Assembly (NCBI GenBank): GCA_950097015.1 | Contig: CATNEN010000003.1 | Location: 2,914,001 to 2,978,000 of the forward strand | DNA length: 64,000 bases | Source: Macrostomum hystrix | Lineage: Eukaryota > Animalia > Platyhelminthes | Direction: 5' to 3' | Shown here: positions 50,601 through 63,565 of the stretch, one piece after another | Layout: each line of letters starts with the position of its first letter | Position numbering within the stretch: the first letter of the stretch is position 1 | Program-made: the position numbers and the translations under genes | Notes under the pieces: generated by a model | What the model was told of the DNA's origin: nothing | The model's database searches: none | What the model saw: the letters and a program-made list of their open reading frames with translations, nothing else

Positions 50601-53600
50601 TCGGTCATCGTCATCGTGCCGAAACGACAGCTGCCACTCCGGTGTAATTAGGCGCAATTTTTTTCGCCTGTAACTAGTTCCGCACTCTCTGCCTATAGCG
50701 AGGCTAAACTGTGCCAAAGGCTGCTGCTGAACGGCCACTGGCAACGGACTGTTGTCCTTAGCAACGCCAATACCAACAGGTATGACTGTCAGAGCAGAGT
50801 CCGGTTCAACACTCAAATTGGCGTCGAAAGTGTGCGGCAACGAAACGGCAATCTGTATTTATAAAGGCCAATAGATTCAAATGAAAGCGAACCGGTAGGA
50901 GCGATTGGCTAAATTAGCCCAACCAAAAATGTAAACAGTTGGACAGGGTTTCACACGGGGGCAAGCACCGCATAATTAGCTTGTGCTTGCTGCACTTGCG
51001 AAATAAATAAACGGTTTTTTTATAAGCGGGGTAAATTTCAGTCGCTTTTCTAAATGATGGATGAGTGGCAGACCGGTCTAACGCGTTTGCCTCTCGCACC
51101 TGAGGTCCCTGAGCTCGATTCCGCGGCGAGGTCATACTCATTTGGGGCGCAGACGTAGATGAGAAGGCTTGGGGGGCCTGTGGAGCAATTTTCGCCCTTT
51201 AAGGTCAACCTAAAAGGCACAGTGAGAGTGTGTGCCTGCGTACAGTATCTGTGTGCGTGTGTGCTCAGGAGTTAGCGAAATGAGCAGAATTGCCTCCTCA
51301 CTGGCTGCAGGTCTAGTGTCAACAAATAATGTGCCCGCAGCTCTCCTGCAATTATCTTTTTTTGTTTTCATTTTGGTAGTTAAAACTTTAAAATAAGGAT
51401 TTTTATGATTATAAAAGCAGATATTCTCTTGCTGGAAATTTTGAAAAAAAAATTGATTTCCGAAAATAATTTTCCAAAAGTATGAGTTATGCCTCCAGCC
51501 TCATTCTGAGACAACCTGGGACTCTTCAGGCAGGGATTCTCCATAGAGGGATTCCCTAACTAGAAAATACCAAATGAGATTCCCTAAGAAGGGATTCTCC
51601 ATAGAGGGATTCCCTAACTAGAAAATACCAAATGAGATTCCCTAAGAAGGGATTCTCCAAAGAGGGATTCCCTAACTAGAAAATACCAAATGAGATTTCC
51701 TAAGAAGGGATTCTCCAAAGAGGGATTCCCGAACTAGATATTACAAAATGAGATTCCCTAAGAAGGGATTCTCCATAGAGGGATTCCCTAACTAGAAAAT
51801 ACCAAATGAGATTCCCTAAGAAGGGATTCTCCAAAGAGGGATTCCCTAACTAGAAAATACCAAATGAGATTTCCTAAGAAGGGATTCTCCAAGGACGGAC
51901 TCCCTAAACAGGGATTCTCAAAAGAGGGATTCCCTAAGCAGGGATTCTCCAAATAGGGATTCCCGAACTAGATATTACAAAATGAGATTCCCTAAGCAGG
52001 GATTCTCCAAAGAGGGATTCCCTAACTAGATGTTAACAAAGGAGATTCCCTAAGCAGGGATTCTCCAAGGAGGGATTCCCTAACTAGATGTTAACAAAGG
52101 AGATTCCCTAAGCAGGGATTCTCCAAGGAGGGATTCCCTGACTAGATATTACCAAAGGAGATTCCTTAAGCAGGGATTCTCCAAAGAGGGATTCCCTGAC
52201 TATAAATTACCAAAGGTGATATTTCGACTTATAGATACAAAAAACTAAGCTCACTAAAAGCGACTTTACAAACAATAGCTAGAAAGAAGAGCTCCTTACC
52301 TTTCCGTCTGGACAGCGTTCAACAGTAACAGAGAACACGGCGCTAATATCCTGCTGCTGAGCTGCCTGACTGTCAACAATCAGCTGAGGCGGCGGCGAAG
52401 ACATAGCCTGCCGCGAATCCAACGCTTCGAAAGACTGCGCCCGACGATCGCCAACACCGATGCTGCCAGAGAAGGCCTGACGCTGTAGCTGACGCTGCTG
52501 CTGCTGCTGCTGCTTGTTGTGATAATGTTTCGATTCCCCAGCCTTTAGCAGGGCGTCCTTGACTGCAGGCGTCTTGACAATTGGTAAAATAGTTTTGACC
52601 GAAATGCAATAATAAAGCTTGATAGTTAATAGGTACTTTCAGCAACTAGGAATATCTGGAGAAAAAATGTCGCTTTGCATTACAACAAAATCGACACTTT
52701 TTAAGTGAGCGGCGAATAAAGGAATCAGCAAATAGGCAGGCATCGATTAATAGGCCGACATCAACTACGCAGCAGATTTAGCGCGATATATATACTCGCA
52801 TATAATGAAACTAAAGCTGATTTCACTAGATACAATTTTCTAGAGCAAAGAACTTGCTTACTAGAAAACTTGGAAACTATAATTGCGCGATAGATCTAAT
52901 TCTATGCCCAGACACACACACATAACACAAAAGCACCCGTTCATAACGCCAGTATATTATTAGCTTTAATATACTTACTGAAACTGCTTAATGCTTATCT
53001 ATTTCGACATGCAAATAGTTGTGCACACAAAAAGCAAAACATTTTATTGCAGCGGCATGCAGTAGACTGCAGTAGAAGCAGCCGATGTAACCGTAAATTG
53101 TGCGGAAACCGCCGAAGAATCACCCGAACCAGTGGCCCATGGGACAACCAGATAATTATTTACGGGCGATTCCTCGGCGGTTTCTGAGCATGGAATCTTC
53201 CGAACTGGAGGATTCTTTGGGTGATTCCATTTCGCCACCAAGAAGCACCGAGAAAACGCCCAGTTGGGTAGATTCTAAGCATGGAATCATCCGATTGGTA
53301 TGTTTCCAGCGTTCGGCTGTTTCTTTTTCTGGAAACACCGCAGATTCCAACTGGAATCACCCAAAGAAACATCCCTATTTTCTAGCGGGTTGTTTTTGAA
53401 AGCGAAATTTTTACTAATATAAACAGGAGAAAAAATATTGAATATTTCTGTGCAGATATCTATGCCTACTATTAGTAAGATGTAGTAACAGGAGATTATA
53501 ATCCGATAGTAATTTTATTAGATAATTTTTAGCCAAGCAAATCGAAAGCAACAAATACGGACAGCAATAAGCTAAGCGTATGTTGCTACTGTTTAAAAAT

Positions 53601-56600
53601 CTATAAATAGTACTTGCAGTGCTTTCATCGAGACAAACCTGAGAATTATTCGCATCAATATCCACAGATGAGAATGTGAATTTCATAATATTTGCGCTAG
53701 ACTTCTGCAGAAGCCTACTAACAGTAGTAGTAGACGGATTGTGGAGAAAATTGCTAGTCAATTTCTCCGAGATGAATAGGCCGTCCTGACGAACTATAGT
53801 CACCGACTGGGACTAATTTAGGGAGTGGATTGTGTGGATTAAAACGGCATTTGTGACAGTTAGGGTGTCCTTTGCTATTAATAACACATCAAATAAATAA
53901 GCAAGCATGATATTAACACTACGGCGCAAAGCAGTTAAAAAATGATTTAAAAACTTACCGACTCGCCAAAAACGTTTTTCAATTTCTTCACTCTAGGAGT
54001 GGATGCCACATTATGATTGGTTGGCTGTATAGCTGTTGGGTGATACCTCTGCTGCTGCTGCTTCCGTTGTTGAAAATGATGACGATCTGCCACCGCTTCT
54101 TGAGAATTGCTCCTGGACTGTCTAGCTGGCTTAGCTTCTGTTAATTCGTTATGCATCGTATACAAAGGGATTTTAATTACTCGATCTGGGATTTGATCAC
54201 ACAGATGGAGGATTACAAAAGAACGATTGTAGATTCCTCAATTGAGGATTTGAATTCCTAGATTGGGGATTTGAATTCCTAGATTGGGGATTTGAATTCC
54301 TAGATTAAGGATTTGAATTCCTAGATTGGGGATTTGAATTCCTAGATTGGGGATTTGAATTCCTAGATTAAGGATTTGAATTCCTAGATTGGGGATTTGA
54401 ATTCCTAGATTGAGGATTTGAATTCCCAAATTGAGGATTTGAATTCCTAGATTGGGGATTTGAATTCCTAGATTGGGGATTTGAATTCCTAGATTGAGGA
54501 TTTGAATTCCTAGATTAAGGATTTGAATTCCTAGATTGAGGATTTGAATTCCTAGATTGAGGATTTGAATTCCTAGATTGAGTATTTCAATCCATAGACT
54601 AAGGATTTAAAGTCATATATTAATAATTAGGGATTTGAATTCCTAGATTGAGGATTTGAATTCCCAAATTGAGGATTTGAATTCCCAAATTGAGGATTTG
54701 AATTCCTAGATTAAGGATTTGAATTCCTAGATTAAGGATTTGAATTCCTAGATTGGGGATTTGAATTCCCAAATTGAGGATTTGAATTCCCAAATTAAGG
54801 ATTTGAATTCCTAGATTAAGGATTTGAATTCCTAGATTAAGGATTTGAATTCCTAGATTGGGGATTTGAATTCCTAGATTGAGGATTTGAATTCCTAGAT
54901 TAAGGATTTGAATTCCTAGATTGGGGATTTGAATTCCTAGATTGAGGATTTGAATTCCTAGATTGAGGATTTGAATTCCTAGACTAAGGATTTCAATCCC
55001 TAGACTAAGGATTTACAGTCATATTATGATTGAGGATTTGAATTCTAAGATTTAGTATGTGAGTTCTGAGACAAAAAAATTAATTCTTTGATTAATGAAT
55101 CAAATCTATTTTGATTTCCACAAAAAATGACCAATAGAAACGCACCAGTAGAGGCAGCCGAAACTGCCACAATGTCGCCCTGTTCAACAAAACCAGCAGC
55201 TTCGTCATCATCGTCAGCGTCTTCAATGTCGCCTGGACCGCAAATCGGCGCTCCGATAGTTGTAGGCGCCGATGGAGTGGACGACTTTGACGACAATCTC
55301 GGCCTAGGCTGGGTGGCATAGATACCACCGCCGCTGCTGCTGCCACCGCCGCTTCGACCGCCGCCATGCCGGCGATGATGATGATGAGGCTGCTGCTGCT
55401 GTTGCTGGCGTAGCTCCGTCTGTCCGCCTGGCAAACCCGACGCTAGCACATCCACAAGAGGATCCTCGTCGAATTCTTTGATATACATTGGCGACGAGAT
55501 TGGCGATCTAGACGCGGCCAACTGCAGCGACCGAGAACTGCCAGAAATCTTTGAGGCGCTCAACAGATCCGGACTGCTGGCATTGGTGATTACCGGTGAA
55601 TAGCCGCGCTTGATCACCACTTTAGGCGAGGGCGATGCTACGGCTAGGCGTTCGGGCGTATAGATTCGAGTCTTCTTAGTAATTTTCGGAGCGAATTCTT
55701 CTTCGTCAGCTTCGGCGTCGACTTCAAGATCGATGGCGACGACTGTGGCAGCCGAGCTGCGGCGATGCGATACGGCGACGCCGCTGACGCCGGAGCTGCC
55801 GGAAGCCGACGATGCGACATTGTAACAGGACTGGCTCATTGTTAGCATGCCGCCGGGTTCGTTGCTAGGGCCGCTACTGTCAGAAATTTGCTGCTGCTGC
55901 TGCTGCTGCTGATTTGGTGCTTCCAGTACAGTGAAAGATATGCTGTTTAGCTGGCTAGAAGATTGGGTTGGGAAATATTAAGCGACTTGAGAAAATTTCA
56001 TTTTGTGTGTGAAATGTTTTAGGTCACTTATTCAGTCCATGGACCGGGGGCCCGCTGGGTAAACAATGCTATCTTGTTTTAGAACAAAAATAATAGTTTC
56101 CTTTTGCCAAGGATTCGAACTCACGATCTTCGAACCCCATGAGAATTTAAATGAATGGGATAAATTGTAGTCTTAAAGCGTCATGACTGTTGAATTATTT
56201 GAACTATCCCGAAAAGGGAACATGCCCAAAAATTTATGCTTAATGATAGTTTTATTGAATTAGAACATTGCATTGCATACTCGTAACATACTACTGGAAT
56301 GAAAGATTAACGCAACATTTATTGGCTTCACTGCTTGATAAGAATGCATGCGAAAATTTGCGCATTAGAAGTAGCAGTAGTATAAACTGTTATAAACCAA
56401 CTAAACAATTATATCAGCGGATGACTGGCAGAGTGGAAAGACCCAAACACAGACAGTATACAGAAACTGACTTCCGAAACTAACTTTCCGCCACGCTCGA
56501 CAGTAGCTCTCTGCTCATATAATAGACTCAAAACGGCGCATTTTAACACAAACCATAGCTATAGACGTTGCTGCATCCGAGATAGAGCATGGCAAAATGC

Positions 56601-58978
56601 AATTTTTTGCTGCAGATAACTAACTATTTTAGTGTATCTTTTCTCTTTTGGTCTCTTTTCAACACAGATAGTTGCTGAGAGAAAGCAAATAATTCGATAT
56701 CAACCACATAACATGGTTTCGCTTCGTGAGAAATAAATCTAATTGTACAAGTAGCTAAAAGAATATCTATTTATAGATAGATGTCAGACACATCATTTAA
56801 GAATACAATTTGTTAGATCACTGTGAAGCCTTTCTATTCACGAACAATCTAACAGATAGCAAACGATTCTAGTGAATTTAATTTTTTCAAATGATAAATC
56901 CGTGCTTATACCAACCTCAGGACACTCATGACTAGTTGATCAAATGATTCGCAACTGATTCTAGGAAAATGTATTTAAATTGTGCGCAAATAAAATATGA
57001 AAAAACTATTTAGGCTCTCAGAGAGTGAAAGATTCAATATTAGAAAATATTAGACTCAAATTGAGGATCAGGGAGAATAATAGACTCAAATTGAGGATCA
57101 GGGAGAATGATAGACTCAAACTGAGGATCAGGGAGAATGATAGACTCAAATTGAGGATCAGGGAGAATGATAGACTCAAATTGAGGATCAGGGAGAATGA
57201 TAGACTCAAACTGAGGATCAGGGAGAATGATAGACTCAAACTGAGGATCAGGGAGAATGATAGACTCAAACTGAGGATCAGGGAGAATGATAGACTCAAA
57301 TTGAGGATCAGGGAGAATGATAGACTCAAATTGAGGATCAGGGAGAATGATAGACTCAAATTGAGGATCAGGGAGAATGAGACTCAAATTGAGGATCTGG
57401 GAGAACGATAGACTCAAATTGAAGATCTGGGATAATGATAGACTCAATCTGAGGATCTGGGAGAATGATAGACTCAATCTGAGGATCTGGGAGAATGATA
57501 GACACAAACTGAGGATCTGGGAGAATGATAGACTCAAACTGAGGATCTGGGAGAATGATAGACTCAATCTGAGGATCTGGGAGAATGATAGACTCAAACT
57601 GAGGATCTGGGAGAATGATAGACTCAATCTGAGGATCTGGGAGAATGATAGACTCAAACTGAGGATCTGGGAGAATGATAGACTCAATCTGAGGATCTGG
57701 GAGAATGATAGACTCAAACTGAGGATCTGGGAGAATGATAGACTCAATCTGAGGATCTGGGAGAATGATAGACTCAAACTGAGGATCTGGGAGAATGATA
57801 GACTCAAACTGAGGATCTGGGAGAATGATAGACTCAATCTGAGGATCTGGGAGAATGATAGACTCAAACTGAGGATCAGGGAGAATGATAGACTCAAACT
57901 GAGGATCAGGGAGAATGATAGACTCAAATTGAGGATCAGGGAGAATGATAGACTCAAATTGAGGATCAGGGAGAATGATAGACTCAAATTGAGGATCAGG
58001 GAGAATGATAGACTCAAATTGAGGATCAGGGAGAATGATAGACTCAAATTGAGGATCAGGGAGAATGATAGACTCAAATTGAGGATCAGGGAGAATGATA
58101 GACTCAAACTGAGGATCAGGGAGAATGATACGCTCGTAGACTCAAATTGAGGATCTGGGAGAACGATAGACTCAAATTGAAGATCTGGGATAATGATAGA
58201 CTCAATCTGAGGATCTGGGAGAATGATAGACTCAATCTGAGGATCTGGGAGAATGATAGACTCAAACTGAGGATCTGGGAGAATGATAGACTCAAACTGA
58301 GGATCTGGGAGAATGATAGACTCAATCTGAGGATCTGGGAGAATGATAGACTCAAACTGAGGATCAGGGAGAATGATAGACTCAAACTGAGGATCAGGGA
58401 GAATGATAGACTCAAATTGAGGATCAGGGAGAACGATAGACTCAATCTGAGGATCTAGGAGAATGATAGACTCAGTCTGAGGATCTGGAAGAGTGATAAG
58501 AAGCAACAAGAGTACCTGGCTTGAAAGAAATTTTAAACACTGGGATCGAAAAAAACAAGGGTATAAAGTATTCAGTTGAGTCACATGTAATCAGCTTATT
58601 AAACTCACCCACTCTCCAGTACGGAACGCAAAGAAGACTCAGAGAATCTGTACAATGGCGTCCCATTAATAGCGACAACCAAGTCGCCAGCTGAAATACC
58701 CGCCCTATCGGCTGGTCCATTGGGCAGAACTGAGGCTACTGGCACTCTGGCATTGTGAGCTGTGGGGCATTTTTATCGGGATTTTAATGTGACTCTCTCA
58801 ATAATACTATATACATTGAATTATAGCTAAAATAGTAACTATAACAAGACTAAAATGCATTTGATTACTACAACTATCATAGCAAAGCAAACTATTTACC
58901 AGGATTTTTGGCGAGTCCAAGAGAAATTCCATAACTACTATCGGACGGAATCTTTGAAATTACAATTGTCCTCTCCAT
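44652..58978 (-). CDS. PDZ-(PH-like)-RhoGAP protein, ARHGAP21/23 family, ~1162 aa
   Basis: Exons 58978-58900, 58759-58609, 55954-55146, 54185-53959, 52572-52300, 50852-50583, 46720-45442 and 45052-44652 splice in frame. They encode an N-terminal PDZ (SYGISL...VASVLPNGPADRAGISAGDLVVAING), a divergent PH-like segment, a RhoGAP domain with arginine finger (VPLLVQLCC...EGVYRISG...ASVLKRFLLQLPDPLIP...NRMRLYNLAMVFAP) and a C-terminal coiled-coil-like stretch. Confidence 0.85.
46960..47365. repeat. Minisatellite, 31-bp unit
   Basis: GACTAGGGAAATCCCAGAGACAGCTA(G/A)T(T/C)AT. Confidence 0.95.
47622..50480. repeat. Minisatellite, 32-bp unit x ~89
   Basis: GGGGGAATTCCAGAAAACTATTATGGATGCAT. Confidence 0.98.
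51059..51355 (+). mobile_element. SINE family A copy lacking the central hairpin (RhoGAP intron)
   Basis: A box TGGCAGACCGG, B box GCTCGATTCC, and the same 3' domain as the other copies. Confidence 0.82.
51531..52216. repeat. Minisatellite, 58-bp unit built of GGGATTC(T/C)C subrepeats
   Basis: AGGGATTCTCCATAGAGGGATTCCCTAACTAGAAAATACCAAATGAGATTCCCTAAGA. Confidence 0.92.
54235..55045. repeat. Minisatellite, 21-bp unit
   Basis: ATTGAGGATTTGAATTCCTAG, in two blocks separated by a short spacer that is itself repeated (~54590-54630 and ~55000-55030). Confidence 0.95.
57051..58498. repeat. Minisatellite, 30-bp unit
   Basis: TAGACTCAAA(T/C)TGAGGATC(A/T)GGGAGAATGA. Confidence 0.97.
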
Positions 58979-59929
58979 TTGACAGTTGGCGCCAGTTATA
59001 TATTACATCATATTTCTGAAATGTTTAAGTAGCAAAACAAATATATTCAAGATTATAAAATATTCTAAAAGTAGCAATTAGGCCTAGCTTGATACTAGAC
59101 TAGATAAAAAATCAGAAAACCCTTATGTTGTAAGTCTTATGCTCAAACTACAACTGCCTAGATAGTAAATTCTAACTCAGTTCTTTATATAAAGATTGTG
59201 CTTTGAGGCATCTGACAGTAACACTACTACTTTAAAATTTTGGCCATGGTGGATGCTTTCACATGTATAGTATGCAATATAAATATATATTATACTTGTA
59301 TCATTTCTAGTACTATTTTTAACTACATTTGTTATTTCTGTTTTTGAAGGCATTAAATAGTAGTTATTAAATGTTTATAGTTATTATAGTCAAACCTCTA
59401 TTTTAGCAAGAATTATTTCTTGGAAAATCTCCAATTCTTAGGTAACTAAGCAAAGTAATTGTTTGCTACATTATTGTCATTGTTACTGCTAGCAATATTT
59501 TATTAGGCATTCTTTAATATTTATCTACTAAAACAAATCATTCAATTAAAACTAATTAAATAAAATGAAAAATAAATGCTTTTTAGCTTTTGAAATGGAC
59601 GATTTCAAAGTTAGAAATCAAAATTAAAAAGAGAAATGAACAGAACTAATAGCTCAGAAGTAATATATTATATCAGATTTGCCAAGCCTTTCTTAATTTT
59701 CTACTAAAGTAGGCCCACACTGCAGACCATGTATGTTACAACAGAAATTTCTGTTGTACAAGGTCCCTGCCTGTGGTTCATGTTGTATGAATTTTGGGCG
59801 ATGGGGTGCATTGTTGTACACCTGTCATACAGACTGCCCTTATAGATGTTGCACCCCATTGGTCATTGTACACTTTTTGTTGTATGTGACAATGCTGCTA
59901 GTTTGCCAGTTGTTGAACTAGAACACAGA

Positions 59930-59974
59930 AATATATATATATTTCTATATATATAGATATATATATATATATAT
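59930..59974. repeat. (TA)n microsatellite
   Basis: Interrupted TA run. Confidence 0.8.
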
Positions 59975-61384
59975 GTAAAAATACAGTAAATAAAGAGAAT
60001 AAACTAATCTGCTAAATTTCTGCCATGTTAAGTTGTGTTTTGAAGACTTATATCATATTTTGTTTGACTTCTTTGTATTCATGATAAGTAGGCATGGGCC
60101 TTTTCCAAATACTTTATTTGTAGATATATAATATATTTCGCTGAATGTATGCTGTTGTAAGCTCAGTCTATATTGGCTTAGGCCTAATGCTAAGTATCGA
60201 TATATTATTATTGTATTTCTCACTAGATGGCGTTTAATGATATTTTCTATTTTAGGCCTATCTATCTAAATAATAAACATCTAGGGTTTTCCTTCAATAC
60301 ATACAAATTAGAACGACAAGGAAATAAGCTGAGTAAACAATCAGGTACTTTGGCTCTTAACTTTGTTGATCATATTTTTAAACTCAGCTTGTTGATTTGT
60401 TGACTATTGATGGCGTTGCGATGGCGTAGAACCGTTGTTTGATTCACAAAATCCTAAATGTTATTTAGGAAGCGGCCCTTTCATAGAAGTGTCTGTAATT
60501 TATAACAATTACTTATTTCAGGCTGCCCTTAAAATGATACTATAGTAATTTTCATCGCTAGCAATAAGTTATTGGTAGCTTTTTAGTTTAAAAAGCAACA
60601 AAAACATATTAAAAGTTGCATTCTTGAAACAATAGATATCGTAAATATGTAAGTAACATGGTTTTTGAGTCAATTATGCTCGAACATTGTTACTGCTGCG
60701 AACTACAGATAATTGTAACCGATGCCGTAGCCTAGAAGCGAAAATTGCAGCCAGAATTTCAGCTCATTACCACGTTATATTTCACAAAGCAATTCAATTA
60801 ATATAGGGCCTAAGCGCTTGTGCATACTCGTGAGGCGAAGTTTAGAACTATTCCCAATTGTATTGTCAGGCATAAACACCAGAAAAAGACATCGTTAAGC
60901 CATTTAACGCCACTGTTATAGAAGTGAAGTCTTTAATACGGGACAATAATATCATAGTCATTTATTATTTAGTACTTACACGCTGCATGCAGCATCAACA
61001 GCAGGTTTTGTAGAGCAACATACTTTCAAAGCGCAGTACAATTACGCGATGTAGTTTTTGTACGCCTTTATTGATAATGAAATTATAATAAATTTTAAGT
61101 TCGTGCAAACAGCAATGCAATTTTTGCAATACATGCAAAAATAAAGCCAGAATTATGATCCTAAGCTGCGATCGATACTGCTCCGGGTGATCATATTACA
61201 TGAGGCAACATGTAGAAACAAGTAATTATTAATTACTCGTAAATTACTACGATCGTACAAAAGTAATATAAATAATTAAATTGGTTGTGTATGTAGCCGT
61301 CGTCAGTGGCGTAGTCGCTGTTTTCTAGGGGGGGGGCGCAACTACCAGGGGCCGGCGCCGCCACCACCAGGGTGGGGGTGCCAC

Positions 61385-62277
61385 TGCCAGGAGGGGAGCG
61401 CCACTAAAGGAGGGGAGCGCCACTAATAGGAGGGGAGCGCCACTAACAGCTGAGGGGAGCGCCACTAATAGGAGGGGAGCGCCACTAAAGGAGGGAAGCG
61501 CCACTAATAGGAGGGGAGCGCCACTAACAGGAAGGGGAGCGCAACTAATAGGAGGGGAGCGCCACTAACAGGAAGGGGAGCGCAACTAATAGGAGGGGAG
61601 CGCCACTAACAGGAAGGGGAGCGCCACTAATAGGAGGGGAGCGCCACTAACAGGAAGGGGAGCGCAACTAATAGGAGGGGAGCGCCACTAACAGGAAGGG
61701 GAGCGCCACTAATAGGAGGGGAGCGCCACTAACAGGAAGGGGAGCGCACTAATAGGAGGGGAGCGCCACTAACAGGAAGGGGAGCGCAACTAATAGGAGG
61801 GGAGCGCCACTAACAGGAAGGGGAGCGCACTAATAGGAGGGGAGCGCCACTAACAGGAAGGGGAGCGCAACTAATAGGAGGGGAGCGCCACTAACAGGAA
61901 GGGGAGCGCAACTAATAGGAGGGGAGCGCCACTAACAGGAAGGGGAGCGCCACTAATAGGAGGGGAGCGCCACTAACAGGAAGGGGAGCGCCACTAATAG
62001 GAGGGGAGCGCCACTAATAGGTGGGGAGCGCAACTAATAGGAGGGTAGCGCCACTAATAGGTGGGGAGCGCCACAAATAGGTGGGGAGCGCCACTAATAG
62101 GAGGGGAGCGCAACTAATAGGAGGGGAGCGCCACTAACAGGAAGGGGTCGAGCGCCACTAATAGGAGGGGAGCGCCACTAGTAGGTGGGGAGCGCCACTA
62201 AAAGGTGGGGAGCGCCACTAATAGGTGGGGAGCGCCACTAATAGGAGGGGAGCGCCACTAATAGGAGGGGAGCGCCC
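61385..62277. repeat. G-rich minisatellite, 20/21-bp alternating units
   Basis: AGGAGGGGAGCGCCACTAAT / AGGAAGGGGAGCGCAACTAAT. Confidence 0.95.
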
Positions 62278-62507
62278 CTTGGCCTTCGTCGGGAATTCTC
62301 TTCTAGCCGTGAATCTCTGTCTGAATCTAGCGGATAACTCACTATTCTAAAAGATTTGGTGAAAAAAACTTTATTACTGATGACTGATCTTACCTGTAGA
62401 CTTGATTAAATTACTAAGCTGCCTCGTTCGCTTAGTAATTTTTAATCATTTTAATCGACTTTAAATACAAGTAAGAAGGCTGTGAGAACTATGGATTGCG
62501 GAAATTT

Positions 62508-62660
62508 CGGGCGCAGCCGCGGAGAGAAGGCTCGGGGGCTCGTCGGGCAATTTACGCCCTTGAGGGCCAACCTCCAAGGCACAGTGAGAGTGTCATGGCA
62601 GATGTACATTGCACCTCTGCTCAGGAGTCAGCGAAATGGATAGAATTGCCTCCTCGCTGG
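62508..62660 (+). mobile_element. SINE family A fragment
   Basis: Contains GCAATTTACGCCCTTGAGGGCCAACCTCCAAGGCACAGTGAGAGTG and TGCTCAGGAGTCAGCGAAATGG with internal deletions. Confidence 0.75.
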
Positions 62661-63565
62661 CGAGAGGGCTGGCGATTGAGTTGTCCTCAATTTTAGTATT
62701 GCCAGGTTGGGCGGTCTTCTCCCTCGGGTGGACTTAGACCTGGCACGTCTTGGACTCTCGGGCTCGTGCTAATCTCCTTGTTCGGCCGGACTACGTGTGT
62801 GCGGGTATCGTTTTCGAGCTTGTTTTCTATAACGGAACGTTTTGATTATTTGTAGTATGACTTCTATTTATTAAACTGTCACATTTTTCCCTATGTTTTC
62901 GTTATTTTTGTCCCATGCTCAACGGTAACTCAAATGTCTACCTCTTAAGACATGCATAAAAAATACTTTCGGAAAGCTCTTTTTGTACTTTTCTAAAACA
63001 TCAAAACACCGTAAAGACATGCAGTCTCTGGACTGTCTGGGGATTACGCCTTGGCATCAAGCAGCCGTCTTCTAAACGATAATGAATCTATTCGGCGATG
63101 TCACCTTTGAACAACAACAAAAAATCACATAAAAACTGGGTTTAGCCAGAAAAATCTATTTATACGAACTAAATTACAATTCTTACCAGTCCTTAGATTC
63201 AAAACGGAATTTTAGTATAATAAATAAGTTCACGCTGAAAGTCCCAAATTTATCGCATAAAAGTGACGTCTTAAATTATTCCTCCAAAATGGGATTGTTA
63301 TTAGTGCAGTCACTTGCTGGTTTTCTCACGTTGTCCGTGCATTCAGCTAAAGAACGTCGAAACGGAGTCAGTTTATTATTCAACGGAGGGGCGTGTCTTA
63401 GAACGAGTTTTCAGTCGTGATTCACTAGTGCGGGCATATGTGTATGCAGTATGGGTTTTACCTTCAAGTCTCACTAAATTATTGTGTGAGAATGTAAAGT
63501 CTGGCGCTGGTTTCATGATTAACCGCCCCTTTTGTAATGGACGAGCAATGCCTCACAACTGAATT

